Part shown: piece after piece, positions 30,239 through 40,746 of the stretch | Layout: each line of letters begins with the position of its first letter | Position numbering within the stretch: position 1 is the first letter of the stretch | From: Deferribacterales bacterium | GTDB taxonomy: Bacteria; Chrysiogenota; Deferribacteres; Deferribacterales; Geovibrionaceae | Assembly: GCA_050251945.1 (NCBI GenBank) | Contig: JBFWLW010000002.1 | Location: forward strand, 288,001 to 352,000 | Direction of reading: 5' to 3' | DNA: 64,000 bases | The notes under the pieces: generated by a model | Seen by the model: only the letters and a program-made list of their open reading frames with translations | What the model was told of the DNA's origin: nothing | Databases searched by the model: none | Translations under genes and position numbers: made by a program

Positions 30239-31804
30239 TTAAATCCTTATGATCATGCAGGTGAAATCATCCTTCTGCATCTCTCTGTCCAATACCATAT
30301 CCTCGTAAAGAACATCAAGTATATTATCCGCACCGGAATTTGCAAGCTGTTTGACTTTCTGCATGAGATTATCTTCGCTCATGTATTCTATCAGCCCGTC
30401 GGTGTAAAGAAAAAGCGTGTCGCCTTTTGCAAGCGGTTCAGTCTTAACCGTGTATTTCTCCTCCATCAGACCGATAGGGAGAAAATCCGAAACTATACTT
30501 TTGTCGCCGCTCGCTGAAAGGTGCATGATCGGTTCGTGTCCGCACGAGAGATAGCGCAGGCTGAGGTCATTTTTATCTATGAAGCCGAAGAAAGCAGTGA
30601 TGAACCTGTCTCCGAAGTTTTTCCCAAGAAGGAAGCTGTTCAGTGTTCCGGCAAGCTTATCCAGCGCGACGTCTCTGTCAAAAAGTTCTGCATTTTCTGT
30701 AAAAACGCTCAGAACAACGGTGAAAACGGCGGCGGAATAGCCCTTTCCGCAAACGTCAGCTATGCAGAAAAAAAGCCCGTCAGGAGTCTCTTTAACAGTC
30801 ATGTAATCGCCGCCCGCGGCACGCGCCGGATGATTTATTCCGCGCAGAAATATTCCGCAGTCTGCCGAAACGGATTTGGACACGAACTTGTTCAGTATCT
30901 CCCCTGTTGCAGACATCTCTGATTCCTGAATCTTCAGTTTTGTCATCTTCTGGTGATACATTGCGTTTTCAACCGCAGTCGAGACTATGGACGACACCAG
31001 TTCAGAAAATTCTTTATCGGGTATGATATCGAAATGTATGTTGAAAAGCAGGATGCGGATATTCTTCGTCTCTTCGTAGATGAAAAAAATGTTCTCTATG
31101 TTGAATTTGGAACAGTCTATCCTGTCCTCGATAAATTCAGTGTAGTCGATACCCATTACATAAGCGTAAGCACCCTGTTCGCCGATACGAACGTTGTTGC
31201 GCACGTCGCCCTCTTCCAGTCCGAAACCTATGAATTCGCTGTTGTGCAGAACACAGCCCGCCTCCGCGGAAAAAACGTCCATAAAGAATGTGAGCGCAAG
31301 CGCCACAACCTCGTCAAGCTCCACAGCGCGCAGTATCCTGCTGCTCTGTTTAACAAATTCGATCTTCTTCTGGTAATCCACATATACGTTTATATTCTTT
31401 TCACGGGCGATAAGCTCGGCAAGCCTCTGCCCTATGTAGTCGCTGAACGCGATAAGCTCGGCAAATATTTTGTATTCCGGCGCCTCGTGAAAACTGACGG
31501 CACAGTATACCGTTCCCATATGGCTGAAAAACACCGTTCCGTAGACGTCTATCTTCTCATCGAAAAATTCAAGGGTACGGCGCTCTTTGGAACTTCCGGT
31601 GCCGTCGAATCCGAGGTCGTGTATGTCGTATTTTCCTTCCGCATTCCTGTGCGCGCCTGTCACAGGCGTGCAGATACTCATATCTATCTGCCATATGGTG
31701 AACGGCGCAAAGCATGCGCTGTCCAGATACTCACGCATACCGTGGTAAAAATCCTGAACGCCGTTGGCAAAAAGAGCATCGAGAAGCTTTTTAGGAAATA
31801 TCAT
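30239..31804 (-). CDS. SpoIIE/RsbU-type PP2C phosphatase with N-terminal GAF-like region
   Basis: GGDY, ADVCGKG, RFITAF, CGH, YTDGL, DDFT. Confidence 0.88.
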   Translation of the reverse strand: MIFPKKLLDALFANGVQDFYHGMREYLDSACFAPFTIWQIDMSICTPVTGAHRNAEGKYDIHDLGFDGTGSSKERRTLEFFDEKIDVYGTVFFSHMGTVYCAVSFHEAPEYKIFAELIAFSDYIGQRLAELIAREKNINVYVDYQKKIEFVKQSSRILRAVELDEVVALALTFFMDVFSAEAGCVLHNSEFIGFGLEEGDVRNNVRIGEQGAYAYVMGIDYTEFIEDRIDCSKFNIENIFFIYEETKNIRILLFNIHFDIIPDKEFSELVSSIVSTAVENAMYHQKMTKLKIQESEMSATGEILNKFVSKSVSADCGIFLRGINHPARAAGGDYMTVKETPDGLFFCIADVCGKGYSAAVFTVVLSVFTENAELFDRDVALDKLAGTLNSFLLGKNFGDRFITAFFGFIDKNDLSLRYLSCGHEPIMHLSASGDKSIVSDFLPIGLMEEKYTVKTEPLAKGDTLFLYTDGLIEYMSEDNLMQKVKQLANSGADNILDVLYEDMVLDREMQKDDFTCMIIRI

Positions 31805-32891
31805 TATCCGCCTTCTCCGAAATCAGCACGGGGTCAACCGCCTCGTGCAGTTTTTCAAGGGTCAGTCCAAGCGCAAGCGCACAATCGGATATCGTGTCCT
31901 CAAGCGCCTCATGGCAGTCTATGTTTTTGTGCATCTGGTTGGCGAAATACAGCACGCGGCTGAACGTGTCCTTACCAAGCTGATGGTGATAGCGTACGGA
32001 CTCAGCGATACTCTTCACCACAGCCCATTTCGTGAGCACAAGCTCACCCACGGCACAGTGATCAGTTCCGAGCTGGTTCCGCTCGTCCTCAATGGTGACC
32101 GCTTCTTTAACGAGAAAGTCCACAATAACGGTCTTGCCCATATCGTGCATAAGACCTGCCAGATAAAGCGCGTCCTCGTCTTCACCAACCAGCTTCGCGA
32201 TAGCCTCGCAAAGCCTTGCAACGGCGAATCCGTGCTGCCATATCTTCTGACCTGTCGTTTTCAGCAGGCTGAAATTCTTATTGTAAAAAGACTCTGTGGA
32301 AACAGCCAGCGCAAGGTTCTTAACGGTATTAAGCCCCAGAAGGACAGTCGCCCTGTCTATACTGGATATCTCCTGCCGCACACCGTAGAAAGGGGAATTC
32401 ACCAGCTTTATGATGCGGGAGCTAAGCCCCTGATCCTTCTTTATCTGGTCAACAAAATCCTTAATTCTCGTCTTGTCGTTGCGCGTAAGCCTTACAAGTT
32501 CCCTCGCAAGCGCAGGCAGAGGGGGAATATTCTCCGCTTTCGCTATTATTTTGGCTTTCAGTGTGTCAAACTCGCTGCCGTTCGCAGTGGATGTCTGCAC
32601 GTTTCCGCTGAACATCTTTTTGACCACTTCCTCCGGTTTGACAGGGGGAAAAAATATCCCCGATATCTTAAAATCCGTAAGAGCGTCAAGAAGCTGTCTG
32701 TCTTTTTTTGTGATATAGAAAAATGTCGGGACAGAGAATTTTTTCGGTAGACGAAAAAGAGTGGACGCCTCGGATATCTCTATTACGCAGAGATCGGCGT
32801 TCTTCTCCGAGGTTATCTCCCCGTGTCCGGCGATGGCAAACTGAAACAGGTTTCTGCTCTCCTGCGAGCCTATGAAAAGAACACGCATCAC
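31791..32891 (-). CDS. HDOD domain protein with a degenerate receiver-like N-terminus
   Basis: IPPLP, DQGLSSRIIKLVNSPFYG, LLGL, W.H, AGLMHDMGK, DH..VG..W, YHH. Confidence 0.88.
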   Translation of the reverse strand: MMRVLFIGSQESRNLFQFAIAGHGEITSEKNADLCVIEISEASTLFRLPKKFSVPTFFYITKKDRQLLDALTDFKISGIFFPPVKPEEVVKKMFSGNVQTSTANGSEFDTLKAKIIAKAENIPPLPALARELVRLTRNDKTRIKDFVDQIKKDQGLSSRIIKLVNSPFYGVRQEISSIDRATVLLGLNTVKNLALAVSTESFYNKNFSLLKTTGQKIWQHGFAVARLCEAIAKLVGEDEDALYLAGLMHDMGKTVIVDFLVKEAVTIEDERNQLGTDHCAVGELVLTKWAVVKSIAESVRYHHQLGKDTFSRVLYFANQMHKNIDCHEALEDTISDCALALGLTLEKLHEAVDPVLISEKADNDIS

Positions 32892-33247
32892 GACCTGCTT
32901 TTTATGATGTCGATAAGCTCTTTGGGACTGAACGGCTTTGTCAGATATTCATCTGCGCCGGCGTCCCTGCCTTTTTTAATATCATCGGATTCCGCCATGG
33001 CTGTCAGCAGAACAACAGGTATGGAGGCAAGTTCGGGAACGGCCTTTATTTCGGCACACGCCTCAAGTCCGGTCTTCTCCGGCATCATCACGTCAAGCAC
33101 GATGATGTCGGGTACCAGCTCCTTTGCCATTTCCACTGCCTGCTGACCGTTTCCGGCCTCATAAACATCAAAACCGCTTTTCTTCAGATGAAGCGCCACC
33201 ACTTTGCGGAGGCGAAGCTCATCATCGGCAATTAATACTCTCATCAT
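32888..33247 (-). CDS. Single-domain response regulator
   Basis: ADDE, LDVMMP, LTA, YLTKPF. Confidence 0.93.
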   Translation of the reverse strand: MMRVLIADDELRLRKVVALHLKKSGFDVYEAGNGQQAVEMAKELVPDIIVLDVMMPEKTGLEACAEIKAVPELASIPVVLLTAMAESDDIKKGRDAGADEYLTKPFSPKELIDIIKSRS

Positions 33248-33809
33248 GGAACCTCAAAATAATGGATGTTTTATCATAGCTCATCACTATACCGGTTCTC
33301 TCAAAAATCTCCGCAAATATGGTAAATATGGGCTGAATCTCATTATAGCCCTTATCGGGCAGAATATATATTTTGTTCTCGTCGTGGGTTACTTTCAGCT
33401 CCCCTGCCGACGAAGCAAGCCCTTCCTGCAAAAGTATCTGAAAAAGACTTTTAAAGGAATAAGCGTCGCATCTGATGCTTACGCCGTTAAGACGGCTGTT
33501 TACAGCGGCGCTCTCCTGCGACACTGCGTTTTTGATATAAAGCCCTGTGAGAAGGGCAATATCCACCTCTTCAAGCTCTATGTCGTGCGGTTTCCCCAGC
33601 ACGTGGTTGAAACAAACGCTCATCCCTCTGTCATAAAGGTCAAGCAAATAACCGGACTCCATTATCATATCGGTCATAGACTTGTCGGTAAGCCCCTCCG
33701 CAACTACATCCAGCATGGCAACGACAACAGACGTACATGTCCTGATATGGTGGGAGAAATACCGGTATGTAACGTCCAGACGACGTTCAATATCCTCAGG
33801 TGAAGACAT
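33222..33809 (-). CDS. Hypothetical protein, degenerate histidine-kinase-like (possible phosphotransferase)
   Basis: FSHHIRT H-box-like segment; no G boxes; overlaps the RR gene. Confidence 0.6.
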   Translation of the reverse strand: MSSPEDIERRLDVTYRYFSHHIRTCTSVVVAMLDVVAEGLTDKSMTDMIMESGYLLDLYDRGMSVCFNHVLGKPHDIELEEVDIALLTGLYIKNAVSQESAAVNSRLNGVSIRCDAYSFKSLFQILLQEGLASSAGELKVTHDENKIYILPDKGYNEIQPIFTIFAEIFERTGIVMSYDKTSIILRFHDESINCR

Positions 33810-33901
33810 CCGAGCTACCCCCGATTTCTTGGAATTAAAATCATAAAAAGATTTTACACGAATTTTAAGTAAAATGCTCGAAATATTTACTAAGACAGAA
33901 T

Positions 33902-33927
33902 GTGCGGGCAGGTTTGACTGCCCGCAC
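33902..33927. terminator. Hairpin after metQ
   Basis: GTGCGGGCAG-GTTTGA-CTGCCCGCAC perfect stem. Confidence 0.7.
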
Positions 33928-33944
33928 GAAACGGATTATGCGTA

Positions 33945-34793
33945 TTAATTCGTAATAAGGGTCTGTGCGGGAAGGATGGAACCCTTATATTTTTCCTCTA
34001 TAAACTTTTTAACATCTCCGGAAACAAGAACGTCTTCAAGTTTTTTAAGAGCGGGGTCATTCACCCTGTCCGATTTCACAACCAGAATATTGGCATAGGG
34101 AGAATCGGAATCCTCTATGAAAAGCGCATCCCTTGAAGGGTTAAGACCGCCTTCAAGAGCATAGTTGGTGTTTATAACAGCTACGTCCACATCCTGAAGC
34201 ACGCGGGGAAGCTGTGCGGCATCAAGCGTTTTAACCGTCAGTTTTTTCGGATTATCAATGATATCCTGAACTGTCGCCTGTATACCCGCCCCTTCGTTCA
34301 GTTTCAGAAGCCCTGCTTTTTCAAGAAGCACAAGGGCGCGTCCTGCATTTGAAGGATCGTTGGGAATGGCAATAACAGCCTTGTCCTTTATCTCCGCAAC
34401 GGATTTCACCTTTGATGAATAAAGGCCGATGGGTTCGATATGCACTTTTGCAACAGCGACAAGATCAAGTCCGTGGTCTTCGTTGAAAGAATCGAGATAC
34501 GGCATGTGCTGAAAGAAGTTAGCATCCAGATCACCTTTGTCCAGCGCAAGGTTAGGCTGAACGTAATCTGTGAACTGCACTATTTCAAGATCAACTCCCT
34601 CTTTCGCCAGAATAGGTTTTGCAAACTCCAGAATCTCCGCATGGGGAACGGGAGTTGCGCCCACTTTTATGACCACGGGAGCATCCTGTTTCGGTTCCGC
34701 CGCAGCCTCCTCTTTTTTGGGTTTTGAGCATCCCGATATAAGCAGAACACTGAAAACCGCAACAATTAGAGCCGTAATACTTCTTTTTCTCAT
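33945..34793 (-). CDS. metQ: Methionine ABC transporter lipoprotein
   Basis: Lipobox ISGC, GATPVPHAEIL, FTDYVQPN, ANFFQH, PNDPSNAGRAL, INTNYA, SPYAN. Confidence 0.93.
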   Translation of the reverse strand: MRKRSITALIVAVFSVLLISGCSKPKKEEAAAEPKQDAPVVIKVGATPVPHAEILEFAKPILAKEGVDLEIVQFTDYVQPNLALDKGDLDANFFQHMPYLDSFNEDHGLDLVAVAKVHIEPIGLYSSKVKSVAEIKDKAVIAIPNDPSNAGRALVLLEKAGLLKLNEGAGIQATVQDIIDNPKKLTVKTLDAAQLPRVLQDVDVAVINTNYALEGGLNPSRDALFIEDSDSPYANILVVKSDRVNDPALKKLEDVLVSGDVKKFIEEKYKGSILPAQTLITN

Positions 34794-34821
34794 ATATACC
34801 TCCGCGGGCTGTCAGCCCCGA

Positions 34822-35493
34822 TCATCTTTTTGTGTGCATGGCACCCACCGCAAGTCTGGTGCCGAGGGTCTGAACCGCCTGAACGAATATCACAAGCACA
34901 GCAACGGTGATTATCATCACGTCGGTGCGGAACCGGTTATATCCGTACTGGATGGCGAGGTCGCCGAGACCGCCGCCGCCCACTGCACCTGCCATAGCGG
35001 TGTAGCCGATAACATTGATTATTGTTATTGCCGCTCCGAGGACAAGCGAGGACTTCGCCTCCGGCAGCAGTACCTTATAAATAATCTGAAAAGGGGACGC
35101 GCCCATGGACTGCGCCGCCTCTATCACCCCGTGGGGTATCTCCTTCAGCGAGGATTCCACAACCCTTGCCACAAAAGGAGCCGCCGCAACCACCAGCGGA
35201 ACGACAGCCGCAGTGGTGCCGATGGACGTGCCGATAACCATTCTTGTGAACGGTATCAGCGCTACCATGAGAACAATGAAAGGCGCTGAACGCAGTATGT
35301 TTATAACTGTTCCAAGCGTTCTCTCAACCCACGGCGCGGGCATGATATGCCCCCTTGATGTCACGACAAGCAGTATCCCCAGAGGAAGCCCTATCACATA
35401 GGACATAACTGCGGAAGCCGCCACCATATATAAAGTTTCAATCACTGCCGGAGTGAGAAGCCCCAGCATTGATGCGATATATCCGTCACTCAT
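34822..35493 (-). CDS. metI: Methionine ABC transporter permease
   Basis: ETLYMV, RSAPFIVL, GTSIG, EAAQSMGA, AMAGAVGGGGLG. Confidence 0.93.
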   Translation of the reverse strand: MSDGYIASMLGLLTPAVIETLYMVAASAVMSYVIGLPLGILLVVTSRGHIMPAPWVERTLGTVINILRSAPFIVLMVALIPFTRMVIGTSIGTTAAVVPLVVAAAPFVARVVESSLKEIPHGVIEAAQSMGASPFQIIYKVLLPEAKSSLVLGAAITIINVIGYTAMAGAVGGGGLGDLAIQYGYNRFRTDVMIITVAVLVIFVQAVQTLGTRLAVGAMHTKR

Positions 35494-36508
35494 AGTTCAC
35501 CCTCTCAACGGAAAGATTCTGTCCCAGAAGATACTCGTGCGCCCGTTTTCTCTGCCCGTCCGTCCCGCGCAGTTCCAGAAGCAGGTTGCCGAACAGTGTG
35601 CTTCTCACATGATCCACGCTGCCGAAAAGAATGCTCACCTGAACGTCGCTGCTGCGGATAAGCCCGTTTATCATGGGTTCAGATGCAGAACCGCCCAGAA
35701 ACGATACCCTGACAAGCTCCGAATCACTGTGGGATTCAAGCTCACGCAGAAGTTCTTCAGGGATATCCGCCTTAAATATACCGGAAACGAATTCCTTCGC
35801 CACCTGAGATTTAGGCGATAAAAAGACCTCTTCCACCGTGGCGTTCTCCACGCATTTTGAATCGTGCAGAACAGCAACGTGGGTGCATATATCCTTAATA
35901 ACGTGCATTTCATGAGTAATAATCACGATGGTAAGCCCGAGACTGCGGTTGATATCACGCAGAAGGGCGAGTATGGAACGGGTTGTCTTCGGGTCAAGTG
36001 CCGAAGTCGCCTCATCGCAGAGCAGAACGTCCGGCTTAAGAGCCAGCGCGCGTGCAATGCCCACCCGCTGTTTCTGACCTCCCGAAAGTTCCGAAGGATA
36101 TGCCCCCGCCTTGTCCTCGAGCCCCACAAGGGGAAGAAGCTCCGACACGCGGGAACGGATTTCATCGGCGGAAACACCCGCTATCTCAAGGGGGAAAGCG
36201 ATGTTGCTGGCAACTGTTCTGGACTGTAAAAGATTGAAGTGCTGGAAGATCATTCCTATTTTCTGTCTGGCGTTTCTCAGCTCTTTTTCGCTGAGCTTCG
36301 TCAGATCGTGACCGCCGACGATTATTTCGCCGCCGGTTGGACGCTCCAGAAGATTGAGACAGCGCACAAGAGTGCTTTTGCCCGCGCCGCTGAGTCCCAT
36401 TATACCGTATATCGACCCCTGCGGAATGTCGAAAGATACGCCTTCAAGCGCCCTGACATCACCGCTGCGCGCGGGGTAAACCTTTGAAAGGTTCTTTATC
36501 TGAATCAT
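35486..36508 (-). CDS. metN: Methionine ABC transporter ATPase
   Basis: GLSGAGKST, IFQHFNLL, LSGGQKQRV, CDEATSALDP, C-terminal NIL domain. Confidence 0.95.
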   Translation of the reverse strand: MIQIKNLSKVYPARSGDVRALEGVSFDIPQGSIYGIMGLSGAGKSTLVRCLNLLERPTGGEIIVGGHDLTKLSEKELRNARQKIGMIFQHFNLLQSRTVASNIAFPLEIAGVSADEIRSRVSELLPLVGLEDKAGAYPSELSGGQKQRVGIARALALKPDVLLCDEATSALDPKTTRSILALLRDINRSLGLTIVIITHEMHVIKDICTHVAVLHDSKCVENATVEEVFLSPKSQVAKEFVSGIFKADIPEELLRELESHSDSELVRVSFLGGSASEPMINGLIRSSDVQVSILFGSVDHVRSTLFGNLLLELRGTDGQRKRAHEYLLGQNLSVERVNYE

Positions 36509-36580
36509 ATGTTCCTCTTAAAAAAACAAATAACAGACACGGCAAAAAAACCGCGCCATCCGCAGTGTTTAACACAACTT

Positions 36581-36707
36581 GAGATCGCTTCGGGCGTAAA
36601 GCCCTCGCGAAGACGGGACGAAATTCAGTCTCTGCGAGGAATACTAGCCAAAGGCTGAATGAATCAACTTTCAGGCTAATTGTTGAACAAAGTGACGAAG
36701 CAGTCTC
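36581..36707. repeat. REPIN-like element, copy 2 (long variant with internal insert)
   Basis: GAGATCGCTTCG..CTCGCGAAGAC / GTCTCTGCGAGG..(insert)..GACGAAGCAGTCTC. Confidence 0.75.
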
Positions 36708-36797
36708 GCCTTTCAATATGCTACATTTTACGCTAAAGCCTATCTAATCTATGATTTTTATATATTATTCTTTCGGAAAAAGTCAACAATAAAAAAA

Positions 36798-37769
36798 CTA
36801 CATCTGCGCAGAAAAACTTATTGCACCGAAACTCTGATATCTGCTCCCCTGCCCGTCGAACTCGCGGGAGCGCATGACCTGAGTATACCCGAACCTGTAA
36901 CTTTTCCATGACATCACGGCGCCAAACTGAACGTCCATAACAAAAGGTTTCTTGTCGGCACTCACGCTGTCGCAGAAAGTGTTGCCGTCCAGAAATATGT
37001 TCCGCGCAACCGCTCTGCCGTCCACACCTGTGAACACATACCAGCGCAGCCTGTTCTCCGGCACAAAAAAACCGGAACCCGGCATACTGGGCTGTATTCT
37101 GGGCGGTCCGTAGTCAAGATCCGGCTGCTGTCCGTAGCGCACCATAAACCCAGTGTTCGCGTATGTAAATATATTGCCTGCCGCACCACCGATATGTGGA
37201 GTAAAATCAACAGGCATCCCGAAAACGCTCTTTTCTGCAAACTTCCGCCAGCTTCTCTGATACATCAGAATAAGCCCGGGTTCATTCTTAAGCTGGTTGT
37301 GCCAGCCTTTGGGGTCGTCGGAACCTATTATCTTATGCACAGTTTTCTGAGTCTCTTCCGCCAGTGAAGCCGGACCAACAATACCTGCCGTCAGCTCAAG
37401 CTGATCAAGCCGCTTCCCGTCCTCGGCAATAAGCCCCACAGAGCCGTAAAGCCAGCCCGCATAAGGTCTGTCGCCGTCAGGCGGGTTTTCCTGCGTTATG
37501 CTTGTGGGAGTATACATGCTCTGACCAAATGAATAAGTTGTCCGCACCGTATATTCTTCAGGGAAAAGAGGAAAGAGTTTAGCCGCCTGTCTGGCAAGAG
37601 TGCTGCCGCCGTTCGGCGCACTAAGCCATGAGGCTCTTATCCCGTTCGTATAGTATCTGTCGCTGTGGAATATGTCATTCTCAAGGACAATACTGAACGT
37701 CCCGTTGTCCTCCGCATAAGCGCAAACAGACACAGCAAGCACTGTGAAAAAAACTAAAATTTTTATCAA
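36798..37769 (-). CDS. Lipid A 3'-O-deacylase LpxR family outer-membrane protein
   Basis: ENDIF..DRYYTNG, GQSMYTP, DRPYAGWLY, GWHNQL, RNIFLDGN. TTG start behind GGGAG. Confidence 0.88.
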   Translation of the reverse strand: MIKILVFFTVLAVSVCAYAEDNGTFSIVLENDIFHSDRYYTNGIRASWLSAPNGGSTLARQAAKLFPLFPEEYTVRTTYSFGQSMYTPTSITQENPPDGDRPYAGWLYGSVGLIAEDGKRLDQLELTAGIVGPASLAEETQKTVHKIIGSDDPKGWHNQLKNEPGLILMYQRSWRKFAEKSVFGMPVDFTPHIGGAAGNIFTYANTGFMVRYGQQPDLDYGPPRIQPSMPGSGFFVPENRLRWYVFTGVDGRAVARNIFLDGNTFCDSVSADKKPFVMDVQFGAVMSWKSYRFGYTQVMRSREFDGQGSRYQSFGAISFSAQM

Positions 37770-37832
37770 GAAAAGCTCCCGAAATATTAGCGGGAAACTT
37801 TGTGCTTTTCCGCAAATGAATTTCAACAAAAC

Positions 37833-37913
37833 CAGACTGCCGCGTCAGCCTACGGCTTCCTCGCAGAGACAGAATTTGGTCTTCGCGAGGAGTGGCAGCG
37901 ACGCGGCGATCTG
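37833..37913. repeat. REPIN-like element, copy 3
   Basis: CAGACTGCCGCGTC..CCTCGCAGAGAC / GTCTTCGCGAGG..GACGCGGCGATCTG. Confidence 0.8.
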
Positions 37914-37995
37914 TATTATTGACTTTGCAACCAGCCGTAAAGCTCCCGAAATTATATCGGGAGCATGTTAACATTTTATACCTGAATCTTCCAGC

Positions 37996-38610
37996 CTATT
38001 TCACCGGACATCCTTCAAGTCCTTTCAGCTCCGTTTCGGTCGCCTCAAATGTGAACTCCTGCGCACCGTCAGTCTGTTTGCCGAAATTTTCCACTGCGTA
38101 TTTGGACAGTACCGCGGCTGTTTTTGAAAGATCTTTCTCACGTGTGAATATCTTTCCCTGCCAAACAGGGGCTTTGTCCGTATTGCCCGCCGTGAACAGC
38201 TTGATATTCAGGAAGCTCATGTCTTTGTCCTCGTCCGACACTGATCTGCCCACCGCCGTTCCGAGAGACAGTCCCGGGGCTATGCCGCCGGAGAAGAACC
38301 CTATCCCGCCGCCGATGCTTACCCGCGGTTCAGCAGAAGCTTTGCCGAGAACGACACCAAACACAGGGGTTATGATGTATGCAGGATTCTTTGCGTTTCT
38401 TTTCCAGCCGATACAGTTGAGCTGTGCCTCAAGAACGCCGACATATTTTATCATCTCCAGATCGGTTTTTGATTCGGAAGAAAGAGCGAAATCGTAGGTC
38501 TGATTTTTGAAATTGTTTTGTCCGCCATAGCCTGTAACGTTCACGTCATACTTTGACGCGCAACCGGACAGAACGAACATCCCGATTATGACTGCCATCG
38601 TTTTAAACAT
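37996..38610 (-). CDS. Lipoprotein (DUF4136-like)
   Basis: Lipobox LSGC, Gly-rich SIGGGIG segment, PVWQG. Confidence 0.65.
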   Translation of the reverse strand: MFKTMAVIIGMFVLSGCASKYDVNVTGYGGQNNFKNQTYDFALSSESKTDLEMIKYVGVLEAQLNCIGWKRNAKNPAYIITPVFGVVLGKASAEPRVSIGGGIGFFSGGIAPGLSLGTAVGRSVSDEDKDMSFLNIKLFTAGNTDKAPVWQGKIFTREKDLSKTAAVLSKYAVENFGKQTDGAQEFTFEATETELKGLEGCPVK

Positions 38611-38673
38611 ATGGTTCTCCTTAGCTATTAATCTAGGCAAAGAACCACACTTAACAAGACTAATTTAGTTTAA

Positions 38674-39585
38674 TTAAACCCTGAGAAGCTGTTCGGTCTC
38701 CGCAAGAGAGGGCATTCCGCCCTGCGCTCCCGCCTTTGTTGTGGAGATGGCTGCGGCGGCGTTCGCAAACCTTACTGCGTCAATAATGGAAAGTCCCCTG
38801 CCAAGTCCGAAGGCAAGTCCTGCGTTAAACGTGTCTCCGGCGGCAGTGGTGTCAACTGCGGCAACAACGAATCCCTCAACATGGGTAAGAATACCGTCTG
38901 TGAAGACGTAAGCGCCCCTGCTCCCCGCTTTCAGCACCGCAGTTTTGACACCCATCTCTATAAGTCTCTGTCCGGCGGCGGCGAATCCCGCCTCGTCCGC
39001 CGGTTTGACTCCTGTCAGTATCTCCGCCTCTGTCTCGTTGGGCGTGATGATGTCTATATATTTAAGAATTTCTTCACCAAGGGGTACAGCGGGCGCAGGG
39101 TCGAGAATTACCTTCACACCCGCCCCGGAAGCAGTTTTTGCTGCCTGAACGACAGCATCCGCAGGCACCTCAAGCTGAAGAAGAAGAAATTCTGAAGATT
39201 CAATTATCTCGCGGTTTTTCAGTATATAGTTTTTATCAACCACGGCGTTAGCGCCTGGAACGATAATGATATTATTCTCACCCTTTCCGTCAACGGTTAT
39301 AACGGCTATCCCTGTGGAGGTGTCAACTCTGCCCACTCCGGCTGTGCTGACCCGCAGACGTTTGAAATACGCCATATAATCGTCACCGTATATGTCGTTT
39401 CCCGTCAGCCCCACCATGGCAACATCCGCACCGAGTTTTGCCAGCGCGACAGCCTGATTAGCCCCCTTACCGCCGGTAAAGGTACTGAACGAATCGCCGT
39501 ACATCGTTTCGCCCGGCTTTGGAAACCTTGGTGCTTTCGTAACAAGGTCGGTGTTTATGCTTCCCGCCACACAGAATCTGCTCAT
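38674..39585 (-). CDS. rbsK: Ribokinase
   Basis: GSINTD, GGKGANQA, PNETEA, DTTAAGDTF, GAQ. Confidence 0.93.
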   Translation of the reverse strand: MSRFCVAGSINTDLVTKAPRFPKPGETMYGDSFSTFTGGKGANQAVALAKLGADVAMVGLTGNDIYGDDYMAYFKRLRVSTAGVGRVDTSTGIAVITVDGKGENNIIIVPGANAVVDKNYILKNREIIESSEFLLLQLEVPADAVVQAAKTASGAGVKVILDPAPAVPLGEEILKYIDIITPNETEAEILTGVKPADEAGFAAAGQRLIEMGVKTAVLKAGSRGAYVFTDGILTHVEGFVVAAVDTTAAGDTFNAGLAFGLGRGLSIIDAVRFANAAAAISTTKAGAQGGMPSLAETEQLLRV

Positions 39586-40625
39586 GCCTCATCCTCCCCT
39601 GCAAGGTTTCTGACGCTGGCGCGCTCCACAACCTCGCCGCCTATGACGGTCTTTTCATATGGCATGGAGCTGCCCTCTTTTATCCTCTGCACGAGTATGC
39701 GCACCGCCTTTGTACTGATGCTCTTTTTGGAAACGTCAACAGTTGTCAGCGGCGGTTCCGCCATCGCACTCATGGGCAGGTTGTCGTATCCCGCAACGGA
39801 GATATCATTCGGAATGGCAAGCCCCGCCTCTTTCAGTGCGCGCATACACCCAAGCGCAATGATATCGTTAACGCATAAGAGTGCCGTAGGCATCTCTTTC
39901 TGCTTTGTCAGAAGCCTGCGCATATCCTCATAAGCACCTTCATAGGTGGATTCCACCGTGAAAACGAACTCTTTGCGGAATTTGTGTCCGAAGTGCTTCA
40001 TGGAATTTTCAAAAGCATCAAAACGCTGCTGAAAGTTTATAGTCTCTATGCGCCCTGTCACGATACCTATATCGCTGTGTCCCATGCGCGTCAGATATGA
40101 CATCATGTTGTAAACAGAGGAAGCGTTGTTCATATCCACAAAATCATATGGCATGAAAGGACAGAGGATATCTATAAACACCAATGGAATATGTATCTTC
40201 AGAAAATGTTCCACATCCGCTTCGTCAAGCTCGGTTCCCAGAACCACAGCACCGCTGGCAAATGAATTGTTCACATAATTCATTATCTCAGCGGGGTCAA
40301 ATCTGTCGAAAACTGCGACCTCAAGTGAATACCCTTTTTTGGAAGCTTCCATCTGCGCACCGTTAATATAGTCCGCAACAAAAGCCTGATGATTATTGTT
40401 AAGTATCTGTCCGTGTTTGACAATATTCACAAACAAAATGGTTTTGTGCCGTCTGTTCAGCCCGCTGTCCGTTGTTCCTTTGTACCCGTGTTCACGCGCA
40501 ATGCGAAGCACACGCTCCCGCGCCGCGGGTCCGACTCCGGTTTTGCCGTTCAGCACCAGAGAAACCGTACTGACAGACACGTCCGCTATTTTAGCTATTT
40601 CAGTTATTGTTATGTTCTTTTTCAT
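39582..40625 (-). CDS. LacI-family regulator (ribose locus)
   Basis: TITEIAKIADVSVSTVSLVLN HTH; IPNDISVAGYD, PPLTTV. Confidence 0.9.
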   Translation of the reverse strand: MKKNITITEIAKIADVSVSTVSLVLNGKTGVGPAARERVLRIAREHGYKGTTDSGLNRRHKTILFVNIVKHGQILNNNHQAFVADYINGAQMEASKKGYSLEVAVFDRFDPAEIMNYVNNSFASGAVVLGTELDEADVEHFLKIHIPLVFIDILCPFMPYDFVDMNNASSVYNMMSYLTRMGHSDIGIVTGRIETINFQQRFDAFENSMKHFGHKFRKEFVFTVESTYEGAYEDMRRLLTKQKEMPTALLCVNDIIALGCMRALKEAGLAIPNDISVAGYDNLPMSAMAEPPLTTVDVSKKSISTKAVRILVQRIKEGSSMPYEKTVIGGEVVERASVRNLAGEDEA

Positions 40626-40746
40626 ATATGTTACTAAAATTTCAGCATGAACCAATGTTGTTATAGCTTTTTCAAATACCCGCTATAATCCCGCATTATG
40701 TCCATTGCCTCATATTCTTTATTATAGCATATTTCAGCAGACGGCA

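Noticed and set aside
30953..32750. Long plus-strand ORFs (336 and 328 aa)
   Set aside because: Antisense shadows of the PP2C and HDOD genes with no recognisable motifs.
36509..36797. SAM riboswitch upstream of metN
   Set aside because: No SAM-I core motifs recognisable on the minus strand; the structure present is explained by the REPIN.
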